Source: Bdellovibrionota bacterium
GTDB lineage: Bacteria; Bdellovibrionota_C; UBA2361; OMIW01
Length of the DNA: 14,614 nucleotides
Direction of reading: 5' to 3'
Assembly (NCBI GenBank): GCA_044345055.1
Contig: JBIJBT010000070.1
Span: 1 to 14,614, forward strand
Below, in pieces: positions 1 through 7,743 of the stretch (positions are counted from its first letter, which is position 1; each line of letters opens with the position of its first letter). A program made the position numbers and the translations under genes. Under the pieces are notes generated by a model. The model was not told the origin of the DNA, searched no databases, and was given only the letters and a program-made list of their open reading frames with translations.

Positions 1-176
1 GGAGGAATAGATCCTATCCCTGGAACAAACAGAGCGATGCAAAGCAGAAAAAGAATTATATAGGGGCGGTTGCCTGAGCAGCACCGATCTAGGAGAGGGA
101 TTGAAGGATCTGTAGGACAGGTATCAGATGAAGATAGGATACCTTCATTAGTGGCTTCTACTAACAACCCCGCCAT
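1..176 (-). CDS. 5' part of a membrane protein, probably ArnT/PMT-family (GT-C) glycosyltransferase; truncated by the window edge
   Basis: Not in the ORF track. ATG at 176-174 (minus) preceded by GAGGAGG (186-180); frame open to position 1: MAGLLVEATNEGILSSSDTCPTDPSIPLLDRCCSGNRPYIILFLLCIALFVPGIGSIP. The hydrophobic segment ending LFVPGIGSIP(P) resembles the first TM helix preceding the 'PPxDRDE' motif of ArnT-like enzymes, but that motif would lie outside the window. Confidence 0.55.
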   Translation of the reverse strand, partial: MAGLLVEATNEGILSSSDTCPTDPSIPLLDRCCSGNRPYIILFLLCIALFVPGIGSIP

Positions 177-242
177 GAACCTCCTCTCGAAAATGTCCGC
201 ATTCCTCCGAAGAGTGAAGACCACTATCGGTGAGATTCATAG

Positions 243-294
243 CTAGTGCTTAGTTGATAAAATAATACTCGCTATTTTATCAACTAAGCACTAG
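243..294. repeat. Perfect 22-bp inverted repeat with 8-nt spacer, CTAG at both ends (MITE/REP-like palindrome)
   Basis: CTAGTGCTTAGTTGATAAAATA (243-264) - ATACTCGC - TATTTTATCAACTAAGCACTAG (273-294); the arms are exact reverse complements. Confidence 0.95.
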
Positions 295-302
295 TCGCTA
301 GC

Positions 303-332
303 GGGGGCGCACCCTAACGACGGTTCGCCCCC
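303..332 (-). terminator. GC-rich hairpin just downstream of rpsN (no U-tract; terminator or 3' stabiliser)
   Basis: GGGGGCG (303-309) pairs with CGCCCCC (326-332), extended after one mismatch by ACC/GGT; starts 7 nt after the rpsN stop. No poly-U follows on the minus strand. Confidence 0.45.
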
Positions 333-339
333 CCTTAAC

Positions 340-645
340 TTACCAGCTCGACTTGGTTACCCCAGGAATAAGACCCTTGAGAGCCATTTCGCGGAAGGTT
401 ATTCGGGATACCATAAATCGACGAATTATACCGCGCGAACGACCGGTCACCTGACATCGATTTCGAACCCGAGTCTGGGCTCCATTCCGACGGAGACTCT
501 GAAGCTTAAACCGTGCTGTATCTCGATCCTCGTCACTTACTCTTGGATCTATCGCACGCTCACGCAGCTCTTTTCGGAGCTTTCGCTGCGTATCAGCCAT
601 TTTTCGTCGTTTTTCGTTGCGTAGTACTACACTCTTCTTAGCCAT
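340..645 (-). CDS. rpsN: 30S ribosomal protein S14 (101-aa, C- / non-zinc-ribbon type)
   Basis: MAKKS N-terminus, [37 protein letters not shown]-terminus; only one Cys. Confidence 0.98.
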   Translation of the reverse strand: MAKKSVVLRNEKRRKMADTQRKLRKELRERAIDPRVSDEDRDTARFKLQSLRRNGAQTRVRNRCQVTGRSRGIIRRFMVSRITFREMALKGLIPGVTKSSW

Positions 646-707
646 TCAGCGCCTTTTTCAAATCTTACCTCGGCCTCGGGTTGGGACTCACTCTCCTCGA
701 CAGCCCG

Positions 708-1775
708 TTACGGTTTTGCGTTGCCGTTTATGACACGTTTCTCGATAAAAGACAACTTCCTTGATCTCAAATGGGTGTAGAGATCTGATACTGGAGCTTG
801 CGGGTCTAGCGTTCGAAGGCCGTAGGAAATCGATGAGGGGGCAGAGTCGGTGAACTGGTAAATGAAGATATATTCAATATTCCTCACTTTCTCAAGTAAA
901 AATGGCCACATCTGCTCGCCATACTCCAGATGTTTGGTCACGCCCTGAGCGCCACTTTCGGTTATCCAAATCGGCTTGCTAAGTCCATTAAGAAAATCAG
1001 CAACTCCACCACTGCGAACGATGTTCTCATATTGTCTGCCATAAATATGGGCTGCCCAAACGTCGCAGAACGCTTCAGCACCGGCATCTCGCATTGCTCG
1101 GTTGTAATCTCGATTTTCCGGAAATCTCTGATTCAAGGCGGTTGTTGCTGCGATGACCGTCTTTTTTCGCGGTGCGCGGTTCTGGATTACGGAGTATGAG
1201 CGAGCAAGAACTGCCACATACGCCACAGGATCGTTCACGAATCCAAGCGTTTGGTTGATTCCAAAATCGGGGTTATTTGGCTCGTTTCCGATCTGGAATC
1301 CGATGACGCGAGGGTTGTCGCCGTATCGATTGACGGCCAGCTGTACCCATCGCTCAACAAAGGTTCGACCAGCATCGCCTCCGATCCATTGCGAACGATC
1401 ATTCATCCAGGTCGGTACACTTGTAAGCACGATAAGTGCCGTTTGTCCCGGCGCAAGCCCCGCTATGACATTGTCGTAAAAGGAGAAATTTGGTTCGCTC
1501 CTCGGGGTGGGTTGAACGTTGTCGTCCCACGCCATAAGAACCCTAACGCGAGATATCCCAAGCGTTGATCGGACCTCGGAGAATTGACTCGAGATGCTTC
1601 CAAAGCGTCCATCGTTTGCAAAGGCATTAATTGCTAACTTTGAGGTGTCGATCGGTTTTCTATCAACCCCATCAATGATATCGACGGCATCTTCGATACT
1701 CGACTTACACCCAATAACTGCAACAACAAGAGCGAGAGTGCAGCCTAGAATAAGTTTTCTTGTTCGATGGAACAT
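708..1775 (-). CDS. Clan GH-A (GH5/GH39-like) glycoside hydrolase, predicted lipoprotein
   Basis: Signal peptide with lipobox-like VIG-C; RVRVLMAW strand; acid/base motif FQIGNEPN; AAHIYG; nucleophile motif KPIWITESG. GGAG SD upstream of the ATG. Confidence 0.8.
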   Translation of the reverse strand: MFHRTRKLILGCTLALVVAVIGCKSSIEDAVDIIDGVDRKPIDTSKLAINAFANDGRFGSISSQFSEVRSTLGISRVRVLMAWDDNVQPTPRSEPNFSFYDNVIAGLAPGQTALIVLTSVPTWMNDRSQWIGGDAGRTFVERWVQLAVNRYGDNPRVIGFQIGNEPNNPDFGINQTLGFVNDPVAYVAVLARSYSVIQNRAPRKKTVIAATTALNQRFPENRDYNRAMRDAGAEAFCDVWAAHIYGRQYENIVRSGGVADFLNGLSKPIWITESGAQGVTKHLEYGEQMWPFLLEKVRNIEYIFIYQFTDSAPSSISYGLRTLDPQAPVSDLYTHLRSRKLSFIEKRVINGNAKP

Positions 1776-1800
1776 TTTACGACTCCGTAAAGAAAAAAAA

Positions 1801-2313
1801 TTACCCCTCTTTTATCGGAAAAAATTGTTCAGACCACGAGCGAGTTGTACCCGATTGGCCCTGATAGTGGCCTGTGCCCTGTTCGCCGTAAGCAACTTTC
1901 GGCGGAGATTCCATACCCATAAAAACAAGCTGTGCTATTCGCATGCCGGAGGTCAGAACGCGGGGGTAGGGGCCAAGATTCTGGAGCTCAAGAGTGACCT
2001 GACCGTTAAAGCCACAATCAATCCAACCGCTGAGGCTATGATTTAGCCATAACCGTCCAAGGGAGCTTTTTAGCTTAAGATCGCACACGACATCGCGAGG
2101 CATCGTCAGAGTTTCTCGGGTGGTTGCTAAAATAACCTCGCCCGGGAAAAGGGTAAACGAAACGCCTTCAACCTCCTCTGGGTCGCGGGTAGGGCATATC
2201 CAGTGCGAACCGAGAGTAACATCATAACTAGCGGAATTAACCTGTTCAGGGTTAAATGGGGCGATTCCGCCGCTGCTTCCAAATGAGTGAATCCAGTGAT
2301 CCGGTTTTATCAT
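1801..2313 (-). CDS. dcd: dCTP deaminase
   Basis: MIKPDHWI start, VNSASYDVTLG, LFPGEVILATTRE, LKSSLGR, IDCGFNGQVTLEL, GMRIAQLVF, YQGQSG: all typical Dcd/trimeric dUTPase-fold motifs. Confidence 0.92.
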   Translation of the reverse strand: MIKPDHWIHSFGSSGGIAPFNPEQVNSASYDVTLGSHWICPTRDPEEVEGVSFTLFPGEVILATTRETLTMPRDVVCDLKLKSSLGRLWLNHSLSGWIDCGFNGQVTLELQNLGPYPRVLTSGMRIAQLVFMGMESPPKVAYGEQGTGHYQGQSGTTRSWSEQFFPIKEG

Positions 2314-2565
2314 AGTGCCCTCCGCTTTTATCGCGGGAATATACGGGAAAGCGATCTGATTGTCATCCTCAACATTCTGTTGCGAAGTTTAGCGGATACA
2401 ATGCTATCGATTTTGTGCTTTATTTCGGGCATCATCCCGTGCATCATCGCGCCGTCCAGTGAGAGGTGCCCGATGCCTGATTGGAGTGGTTGGTGAAGTA
2501 GTGGTCGTTAGCAGGGTGGTGGAAAAGGCCAAGTTTGGGAATACAAGTTTTTGGGATTTAGTGTT

Positions 2566-3009
2566 ATGTCGGTTCGATCTCTCGTTAAGCTTCTTAGCAT
2601 AGTTTTGGTCGGCTTTATCGGCTGTAATCCTCGGGGGGAAACTAAAACCCTCGATGAAGTTTTTCGCGCAGCTGAGGGGCGGTTCTATCAGGTTTACCGC
2701 GCAGATGCTGCGGGCAAGGGACAACCGGCGGTGTCAAGTTCACTTCGTGTCGTCGTGGATACCCTGAAAGAGATCGAGGGTGCTGGAGGAGAATCTTTGA
2801 CAGATCGATACCAAGCGGTCGGAAAGGCTCTTAGTGAGTTGACGACTTATGCGGGATACACGACCCGTCCTGCGTTGGGAGAGCTCGCTGAACAATGGAT
2901 TGGGCTTGCTGCTTCCGCAGATGCACCAAGCACCCGTTTGCTGATAAGTCGAACGTACGGTGTGCTTGCTAGTGAGCTTGAGGCGGTTGGATTTGCAATC
3001 AATCCTTAG
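2566..3009 (+). CDS. Hypothetical lipoprotein (~147 aa, probably alpha-helical)
   Basis: Open frame 2551-3009; in-frame ATG at 2566 gives MSVRSLVKLLSIVLVGFIG-C, a signal peptide with lipobox; fills the gap between dcd and pyrF. No family recognised; start uncertain. Confidence 0.65.
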   Translation: MSVRSLVKLLSIVLVGFIGCNPRGETKTLDEVFRAAEGRFYQVYRADAAGKGQPAVSSSLRVVVDTLKEIEGAGGESLTDRYQAVGKALSELTTYAGYTTRPALGELAEQWIGLAASADAPSTRLLISRTYGVLASELEAVGFAINP

Positions 3010-3060
3010 TAGGCTCCGATAATCTGCCCGATAACCGATATTATAGTCCGGTGCCGCCGA

Positions 3061-3969
3061 TTATGCCGTTGCCAGCTGGGCGTTGGCGGCGTCGGCGCGG
3101 TTTGTCAGTTCGGTTAGCCACTTCGCGCGGGGAAGGCTAGGTTCTAACTGAAAGAGCCCCCGCGACATATTAACGAGCACCCCTTTCCCGGGCGCGATTT
3201 GCCCTGCTAATGCCTCCGAAGCGCTTCCTCCTTGCGCTCCAAAGCCCGGAACAAGAAACATTGCATGAGGCATAAGGCCTCGAAGCTCAGCAGCCTCGGC
3301 TGGATGAGTTGCTCCGATAACGGCACCGATCGAGGAGAGTCCCGAGTGACCGATGGCGCGTGAACCCTCCACGTTAATGGCGCGCGCTATTTTTTGAGAT
3401 ACAGATTCCGCTGAGTTTTCAATCAAGAGATCCTGAATGTCGCGCGATCCGCTATTGGATGTTTTAACTAGAATAAAAACCCCTTTCCCCTTGGCGACGC
3501 AGGAGGCAATAAATGGGGCGATCGTTTCGAATCCGAGGAACGGGTTTATCGTTATCGCATCAGCGTGCACGATATCAACGGGAGCTCCGTTGACCTCTAG
3601 CGGTTCTAGATAGGCGTTTGCATAGGCTTGTGCTGACGAGGCTATGTCGCCTCGCTTTGCATCTAGAATAAGGGGGACCCCCATTTTTTTGCACAATAGT
3701 GAGATCTGGTGCAGCGCTCTATATCCACCGATTCCGTACTGTTCGAAAAAGGCCGCATTCGGTTTTACGCACGCGACCCGCGGCTCTAGTACTTCAAGCG
3801 CTGCGGCGTAGGTTGTGAGAAGCGCTGAATAGAGATATTCCTCTTGAGTTGCATATTTCGAAGAGGTTTCAAGGGCGAATGAGGGGAGCCACCGTAGGTC
3901 AGGGTCAAATCCGGCGCACAAAACGCTTGATGTTTGGGTAATTTTTGAATGTATTGTGTCAGCAAACAT
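3061..3969 (-). CDS. pyrF: Orotidine-5'-phosphate decarboxylase (long, subfamily 2 type)
   Basis: LCAGFDP, KPNAAFFEQYG, catalytic ILDAKRGDI, TINPFLG, LVKTSN, GAVIGATHP, LVPGFGAQGG, VNMSR. Confidence 0.97.
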   Translation of the reverse strand: MFADTIHSKITQTSSVLCAGFDPDLRWLPSFALETSSKYATQEEYLYSALLTTYAAALEVLEPRVACVKPNAAFFEQYGIGGYRALHQISLLCKKMGVPLILDAKRGDIASSAQAYANAYLEPLEVNGAPVDIVHADAITINPFLGFETIAPFIASCVAKGKGVFILVKTSNSGSRDIQDLLIENSAESVSQKIARAINVEGSRAIGHSGLSSIGAVIGATHPAEAAELRGLMPHAMFLVPGFGAQGGSASEALAGQIAPGKGVLVNMSRGLFQLEPSLPRAKWLTELTNRADAANAQLATA

Positions 3970-3998
3970 GGCAACTCATTTCAACAGAAAATCATTCT

Positions 3999-5090
3999 TT
4001 AACGCCCTGCTAGTGCGTGATTACCCGCAGTGTGCATGAATCGTTCAAGTGAATCAAAAATATCCTCATCGCTTCGATCGCGAGTATCAAGAAATGAAAT
4101 AAATTGCTCGATCTTTGCAAGAAAACGGGAAAGGTCTGCCTGTTCCTGCTGATAAAGGGTATTAAAAAGGCTAAGTTTTCGGGTGTAAAGAAAAAGCTGA
4201 AGAAACTCAGCATTGTTTGCACGATGAAAGAGTTGTGTGTTGATGCCAAAATTGCGAGCCTGAATCTGAATCGATTCAAAAGCCGCACGTTTTTTGGTCA
4301 ATTTTTCATCGCGATTCTCTGGAGAGTCATATATTTTTTTTAACTGATGATACAAATTCTCTGTTAACTCCGACAAAGCGATTTCTCGGGCGAACCGTTC
4401 AGCGGCGGCAGTATAGTTTGAGGCATCTGCTGGATTACGATCTTTGAAGAACTTAACCGTTTCTGCATAACCTATAAAATTAGCGAGGCTCTCGTTAAAA
4501 GCGGCATCACCCGGAACCCAAAGAGAGCGATGAACAAGTTCGTGAATTACAGTATTAACCACGATCTCAGGCGGGCTTTTGAGAAGCGGTGTGAGGACGG
4601 GATCGTCAAACCATCCTAATGTGCTAAATGCGCTCGCACCCCTTACAAACGTTTCATATCCTTCAGCATTAAGATCTTGAGCTTCGGAAACAGCATCACT
4701 CTTCTCGAAATATCCCTTATAGGGGACCGACCCGACTATCGGAAACCACCATTGCTTCGCTGTAAATGAGTCAGGCTTACAACCCATTACTACCCACACT
4801 AAACTATCCTCATCGGTTGGGGAAAAGGTTGTAAAGATACCTCCGGCAGTCAGCCCTCGCGTCTGTGCGTATATCCTAGCTTCGGTTACCAATCTGAGTG
4901 ATTCAACCTCGCTCGGTGCAACCTCTTTCTCTGCGATCACCTTTTCTATATCTCGCCGATTAAAAAGAATTCGGCCTTCGTGGAGCGCAGCTTCCATTAC
5001 ATAAATCGGGTTGCAGCCCATGAGTGCGCCAGCTGTAATAGCGAGAAGAAGGGTTGCCTTTTTATAAAATCGGAATTTCATCGGATGCAT
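3999..5090 (-). CDS. Putative Zn-dependent aminopeptidase lipoprotein (DUF2265/Aminopep-like)
   Basis: Lipobox LMG-C; family-typical WWFPIVGSVPYKGYF and AFSTLGWFDDP; HExxH (IHELVH) followed by FNESLA third-ligand motif. Start may be GTG 5093, ATG 5090 or ATG 5081; GAGGTG spacing favours 5090. Confidence 0.88.
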   Translation of the reverse strand: MHPMKFRFYKKATLLLAITAGALMGCNPIYVMEAALHEGRILFNRRDIEKVIAEKEVAPSEVESLRLVTEARIYAQTRGLTAGGIFTTFSPTDEDSLVWVVMGCKPDSFTAKQWWFPIVGSVPYKGYFEKSDAVSEAQDLNAEGYETFVRGASAFSTLGWFDDPVLTPLLKSPPEIVVNTVIHELVHRSLWVPGDAAFNESLANFIGYAETVKFFKDRNPADASNYTAAAERFAREIALSELTENLYHQLKKIYDSPENRDEKLTKKRAAFESIQIQARNFGINTQLFHRANNAEFLQLFLYTRKLSLFNTLYQQEQADLSRFLAKIEQFISFLDTRDRSDEDIFDSLERFMHTAGNHALAGR

Positions 5091-5096
5091 CACGCT

Positions 5097-5585
5097 TCAC
5101 CTCATCACGAGCCGAATCAGGCCGATTACTCCACCCGCGCAAACTCCCGCAACGACATCGTCTAACATCACTCCGAGCGCTCCTGGAGCTCGTTCCGCCC
5201 ATCCGACAGGACCGATTTTTGATATATCAAAAAAACGAAAAAGAACGAACGCGACAGCAACCCACGATATGCTCCGATCGGGACAACATGTGAGTGCTAT
5301 CCACATTCCACACCATTCATCAATGACAATCCATTGTGGATCTGCGTGCGCGGACGCATCGCGCATGACGAACAGTGAGGCGGCATAGCCAACAACGCCG
5401 AGGAGAACAGTTGCAGCGATCTCTTGTTGTAAATTCAACGAGGGGAAGGCTATCCACGCAATGCACGCTGCAATACTGCCGATGGTGCCGGGTGAGATCG
5501 GCGATAATCCAGATCCGAGTCCCGAGGCGATGAACTTAGCCAGAGATGTTTTTAATGAGAGTGAAGTTTTGATCTGAGGTAACAC
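5097..5585 (-). CDS. pgpA: Phosphatidylglycerophosphatase A
   Basis: GSGLSPISPGTIGS, DPQWIVIDEWCG, FRFFDISKIGPV, GVMLDDVVAG motifs; hydrophobic; GTG start. Confidence 0.96.
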   Translation of the reverse strand: MLPQIKTSLSLKTSLAKFIASGLGSGLSPISPGTIGSIAACIAWIAFPSLNLQQEIAATVLLGVVGYAASLFVMRDASAHADPQWIVIDEWCGMWIALTCCPDRSISWVAVAFVLFRFFDISKIGPVGWAERAPGALGVMLDDVVAGVCAGGVIGLIRLVMR

Positions 5586-5651
5586 AGGACAGTCCGAGGG
5601 TTTTTAAGCGAGCGCGGTCAGTTTTTAAGAGATGACGCTCTGAAAAGATAA

Positions 5652-5680
5652 TTGACGGGTTCGGGCCGTGTTGGTATAAG
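5652..5680 (+). promoter_or_regulatory. Candidate sigma70 promoter for minCDE
   Basis: TTGACG (5652-5657) - 17 nt - TATAAG (5675-5680), with extended -10 TG at 5672-5673; the last -10 base deviates from the conserved T. Confidence 0.55.
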
Positions 5681-5818
5681 TCACTTAAAGTAATTCGCGG
5701 TGACCGCTACTTTTTTGAGGATACAGCCCTTCGAGTTGCGAAGCCAGACCTAAGAAAGAAGCCACGATTCTCGCCGAATAGAAAAATTTGACTTGCGCGC
5801 TACAAACGGGAAGAGGTA

Positions 5819-6745
5819 ATGGAAACTGACGCTGGCAGAGAGAAAGATTCAACAGTCACGACCCGTCTGAAGAGGCGAGATGGACAATCGCTGTCGAGTG
5901 ATTCCGGTCTTGTGGTGGCGAGAGGCACGAAGGAGGGGCTTGTAATAAGGCTCGATGCAGGCTCAGGTTATGTACAGCTTGAGGATGAACTGAGAGATTT
6001 TCTCGTCGCTCGACATAATTTTGTATCTGGGCAAGAGGTTACGCTGGAATGGGTAAACGATCGTGCTTCATCGGAGGAACGGTCGCGAGTTGAGGAGGTT
6101 GTCCTTCGTGATTTCGATGTTCGGGTGCGTTCGTCGAGAGTGTTGCGCGGAGGAGGAGAGAGCGTTGAGCAGGGAGAGCAGGGCTTGGGTATCGGTAGCG
6201 AATTTCGAAAGATTGCAGCTGGTTTGGTCGGTGCAAGATCAACAATTGAAGCGGAAGAAATTTCTGAAAAAGCAGCTACTCCCACATCGCTTTTTTCGGG
6301 CTTTGGTACATTTGAACGGGATTCAGAGAGAGGCAGCGCTGATACGGTAGCGTTAGGTGGGGCTGTCTGGGATGAGCCGAACGCAAAGGTAGTGTGTTCC
6401 ACCCTTCGTTCTGGTCAGAGAATAGAATCGGAGCATACCGTCGTTATTCTTGGCGATGTTAATTCGGGTGCCGAGGTGGTCTCAGGTGGGCATGTTGTAG
6501 TGCTCGGTAGTTTACGCGGATTGGCGCACGCAGGTGCGTTTGAAGATTCTGATGGTCCCGCATACATCATCGCCCTCAGTCTTCAGCCAACGCAACTTCG
6601 AATAGGTGGGGTTATAAGTCGTAGTAACGGTCGTTTGAGCACGAATGAATCGGGTCCGGAGATCGCTCGCGTTGATGGGGACTCGATCGTTGTTGAGAGG
6701 TATCACCCGAGAGTGGTATCACAGCGGGCGGGGCGTTTTTTTTGA
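5819..6745 (+). CDS. minC: Septum site-determining protein MinC
   Basis: N-domain RGTKEGLVIRLD; C-terminal beta-helix TLRSGQRIE...LGDVNSGAEVVSGGHVVVLGSLRGLAHAG...LQPTQLRIG...PEIA; upstream of minD and minE; GAGG SD. Confidence 0.95.
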   Translation: METDAGREKDSTVTTRLKRRDGQSLSSDSGLVVARGTKEGLVIRLDAGSGYVQLEDELRDFLVARHNFVSGQEVTLEWVNDRASSEERSRVEEVVLRDFDVRVRSSRVLRGGGESVEQGEQGLGIGSEFRKIAAGLVGARSTIEAEEISEKAATPTSLFSGFGTFERDSERGSADTVALGGAVWDEPNAKVVCSTLRSGQRIESEHTVVILGDVNSGAEVVSGGHVVVLGSLRGLAHAGAFEDSDGPAYIIALSLQPTQLRIGGVISRSNGRLSTNESGPEIARVDGDSIVVERYHPRVVSQRAGRFF

Positions 6746-6900
6746 TCGGTTTTGCTAGGGAGGAAATGAGCGGACTCTATTTAGATGATCTAAAAAATCG
6801 ATCTACGGCAATTCATTTCGTCTGAAAAAATCGTAAAAGCGAAAATCCTCAATAAAAATATTCACCGAAACTTAGAAACAGAAAGAAGGGAGAAAAAATA

Positions 6901-7743
6901 ATGTCAGAGCAAAAATCAGCCGAAAAGGGGAGTGCCTCGGGTGGAGCAAAGAAGGGGCAGGCCGAGGTAGTTGTGATTACCTCCGGTAAGGGAGGGGTAG
7001 GAAAAACCACGACAACGGCAACTCTCGGAGCGGCCCTTGCTCTTCGTGGAAAAAGAACTCTCGTGATTGACGCTGACATCGGATTGCGGAACCTAGATGT
7101 GATTCTTGGTCTCGAAAACAGAATAGTTTTCAATCTCGTTGATGTCGCTCGTGAGGCTTGCAAACCGAACCAGGCGACTATTAAATCGAAAAAATCGAAC
7201 AACCTCTATCTATTGCCAGCCTCACAGACTGATGACAAGGATGTCATCGGCGAAGAGGATATGCGAAAGGTTGTATCTTTATTCAAGCGCGAGTTCCATT
7301 TTATACTTATCGACTCGCCCGCAGGTATTGAGCAGGGATTCCGGAATGCCTGTGCAGCGGCTAATCGTGCGGTCGTTGTAACGACTCCGGAGGTCTCGGC
7401 GATAAGAGATGCTGACCGAGTGATCGGATTATTGCACTCCAAAGAGGTAGAGCCACTTCTCCTCATTAACCGTCTCGACCCCGAGTTGGTCAGAAAAGGG
7501 GATATGATCTCTATCGCTGACGTTCAGGATATCCTTGGAGTTGAGCTTCTCGGTGTCGTTGAACGGGATGATTCGGTAATTGTTGCGGCCAACAATGGAG
7601 AGCCGGTTGTCTACAACCAGAAATCGAAAGCTGGTCAGTCTTTTGATCGGATTGCTGGTCGGCTGAGTGGAGAAAATATTCCGCTTGAGCACTTGGCTTC
7701 TCGCTCGATTTGGCAGAAGCTTGCACGCCGACTTGGTGTGTAG
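6901..7743 (+). CDS. minD: Septum site-determining ATPase MinD
   Basis: Deviant Walker A SGKGGVGKTT, DADIGLRNLD, LIDSPAGIEQGF, TTPEVSAIRDADRVIGLL, C-terminal amphipathic helix SIWQKLARRLGV. Confidence 0.98.
   Translation: MSEQKSAEKGSASGGAKKGQAEVVVITSGKGGVGKTTTTATLGAALALRGKRTLVIDADIGLRNLDVILGLENRIVFNLVDVAREACKPNQATIKSKKSNNLYLLPASQTDDKDVIGEEDMRKVVSLFKREFHFILIDSPAGIEQGFRNACAAANRAVVVTTPEVSAIRDADRVIGLLHSKEVEPLLLINRLDPELVRKGDMISIADVQDILGVELLGVVERDDSVIVAANNGEPVVYNQKSKAGQSFDRIAGRLSGENIPLEHLASRSIWQKLARRLGV

Noticed and set aside
241..335. CRISPR array or attC site suggested by the palindromes
   Set aside because: No repeated unit with spacers, no cas or integrase genes, and the perfect arms lack the extrahelical bases of attC sites.
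6736..6743. T8 run at the end of minC as terminator or frameshift site
   Set aside because: No convincing stem precedes it and the MinC domain is already complete, so slippage would change only the tail.
6766..6825. 19-codon ORF MSGLYLDDLKNRSTAIHFV between minC and minD
   Set aside because: GGAGG is only 2 nt from the ATG, too close for a normal RBS, and there is no other support.
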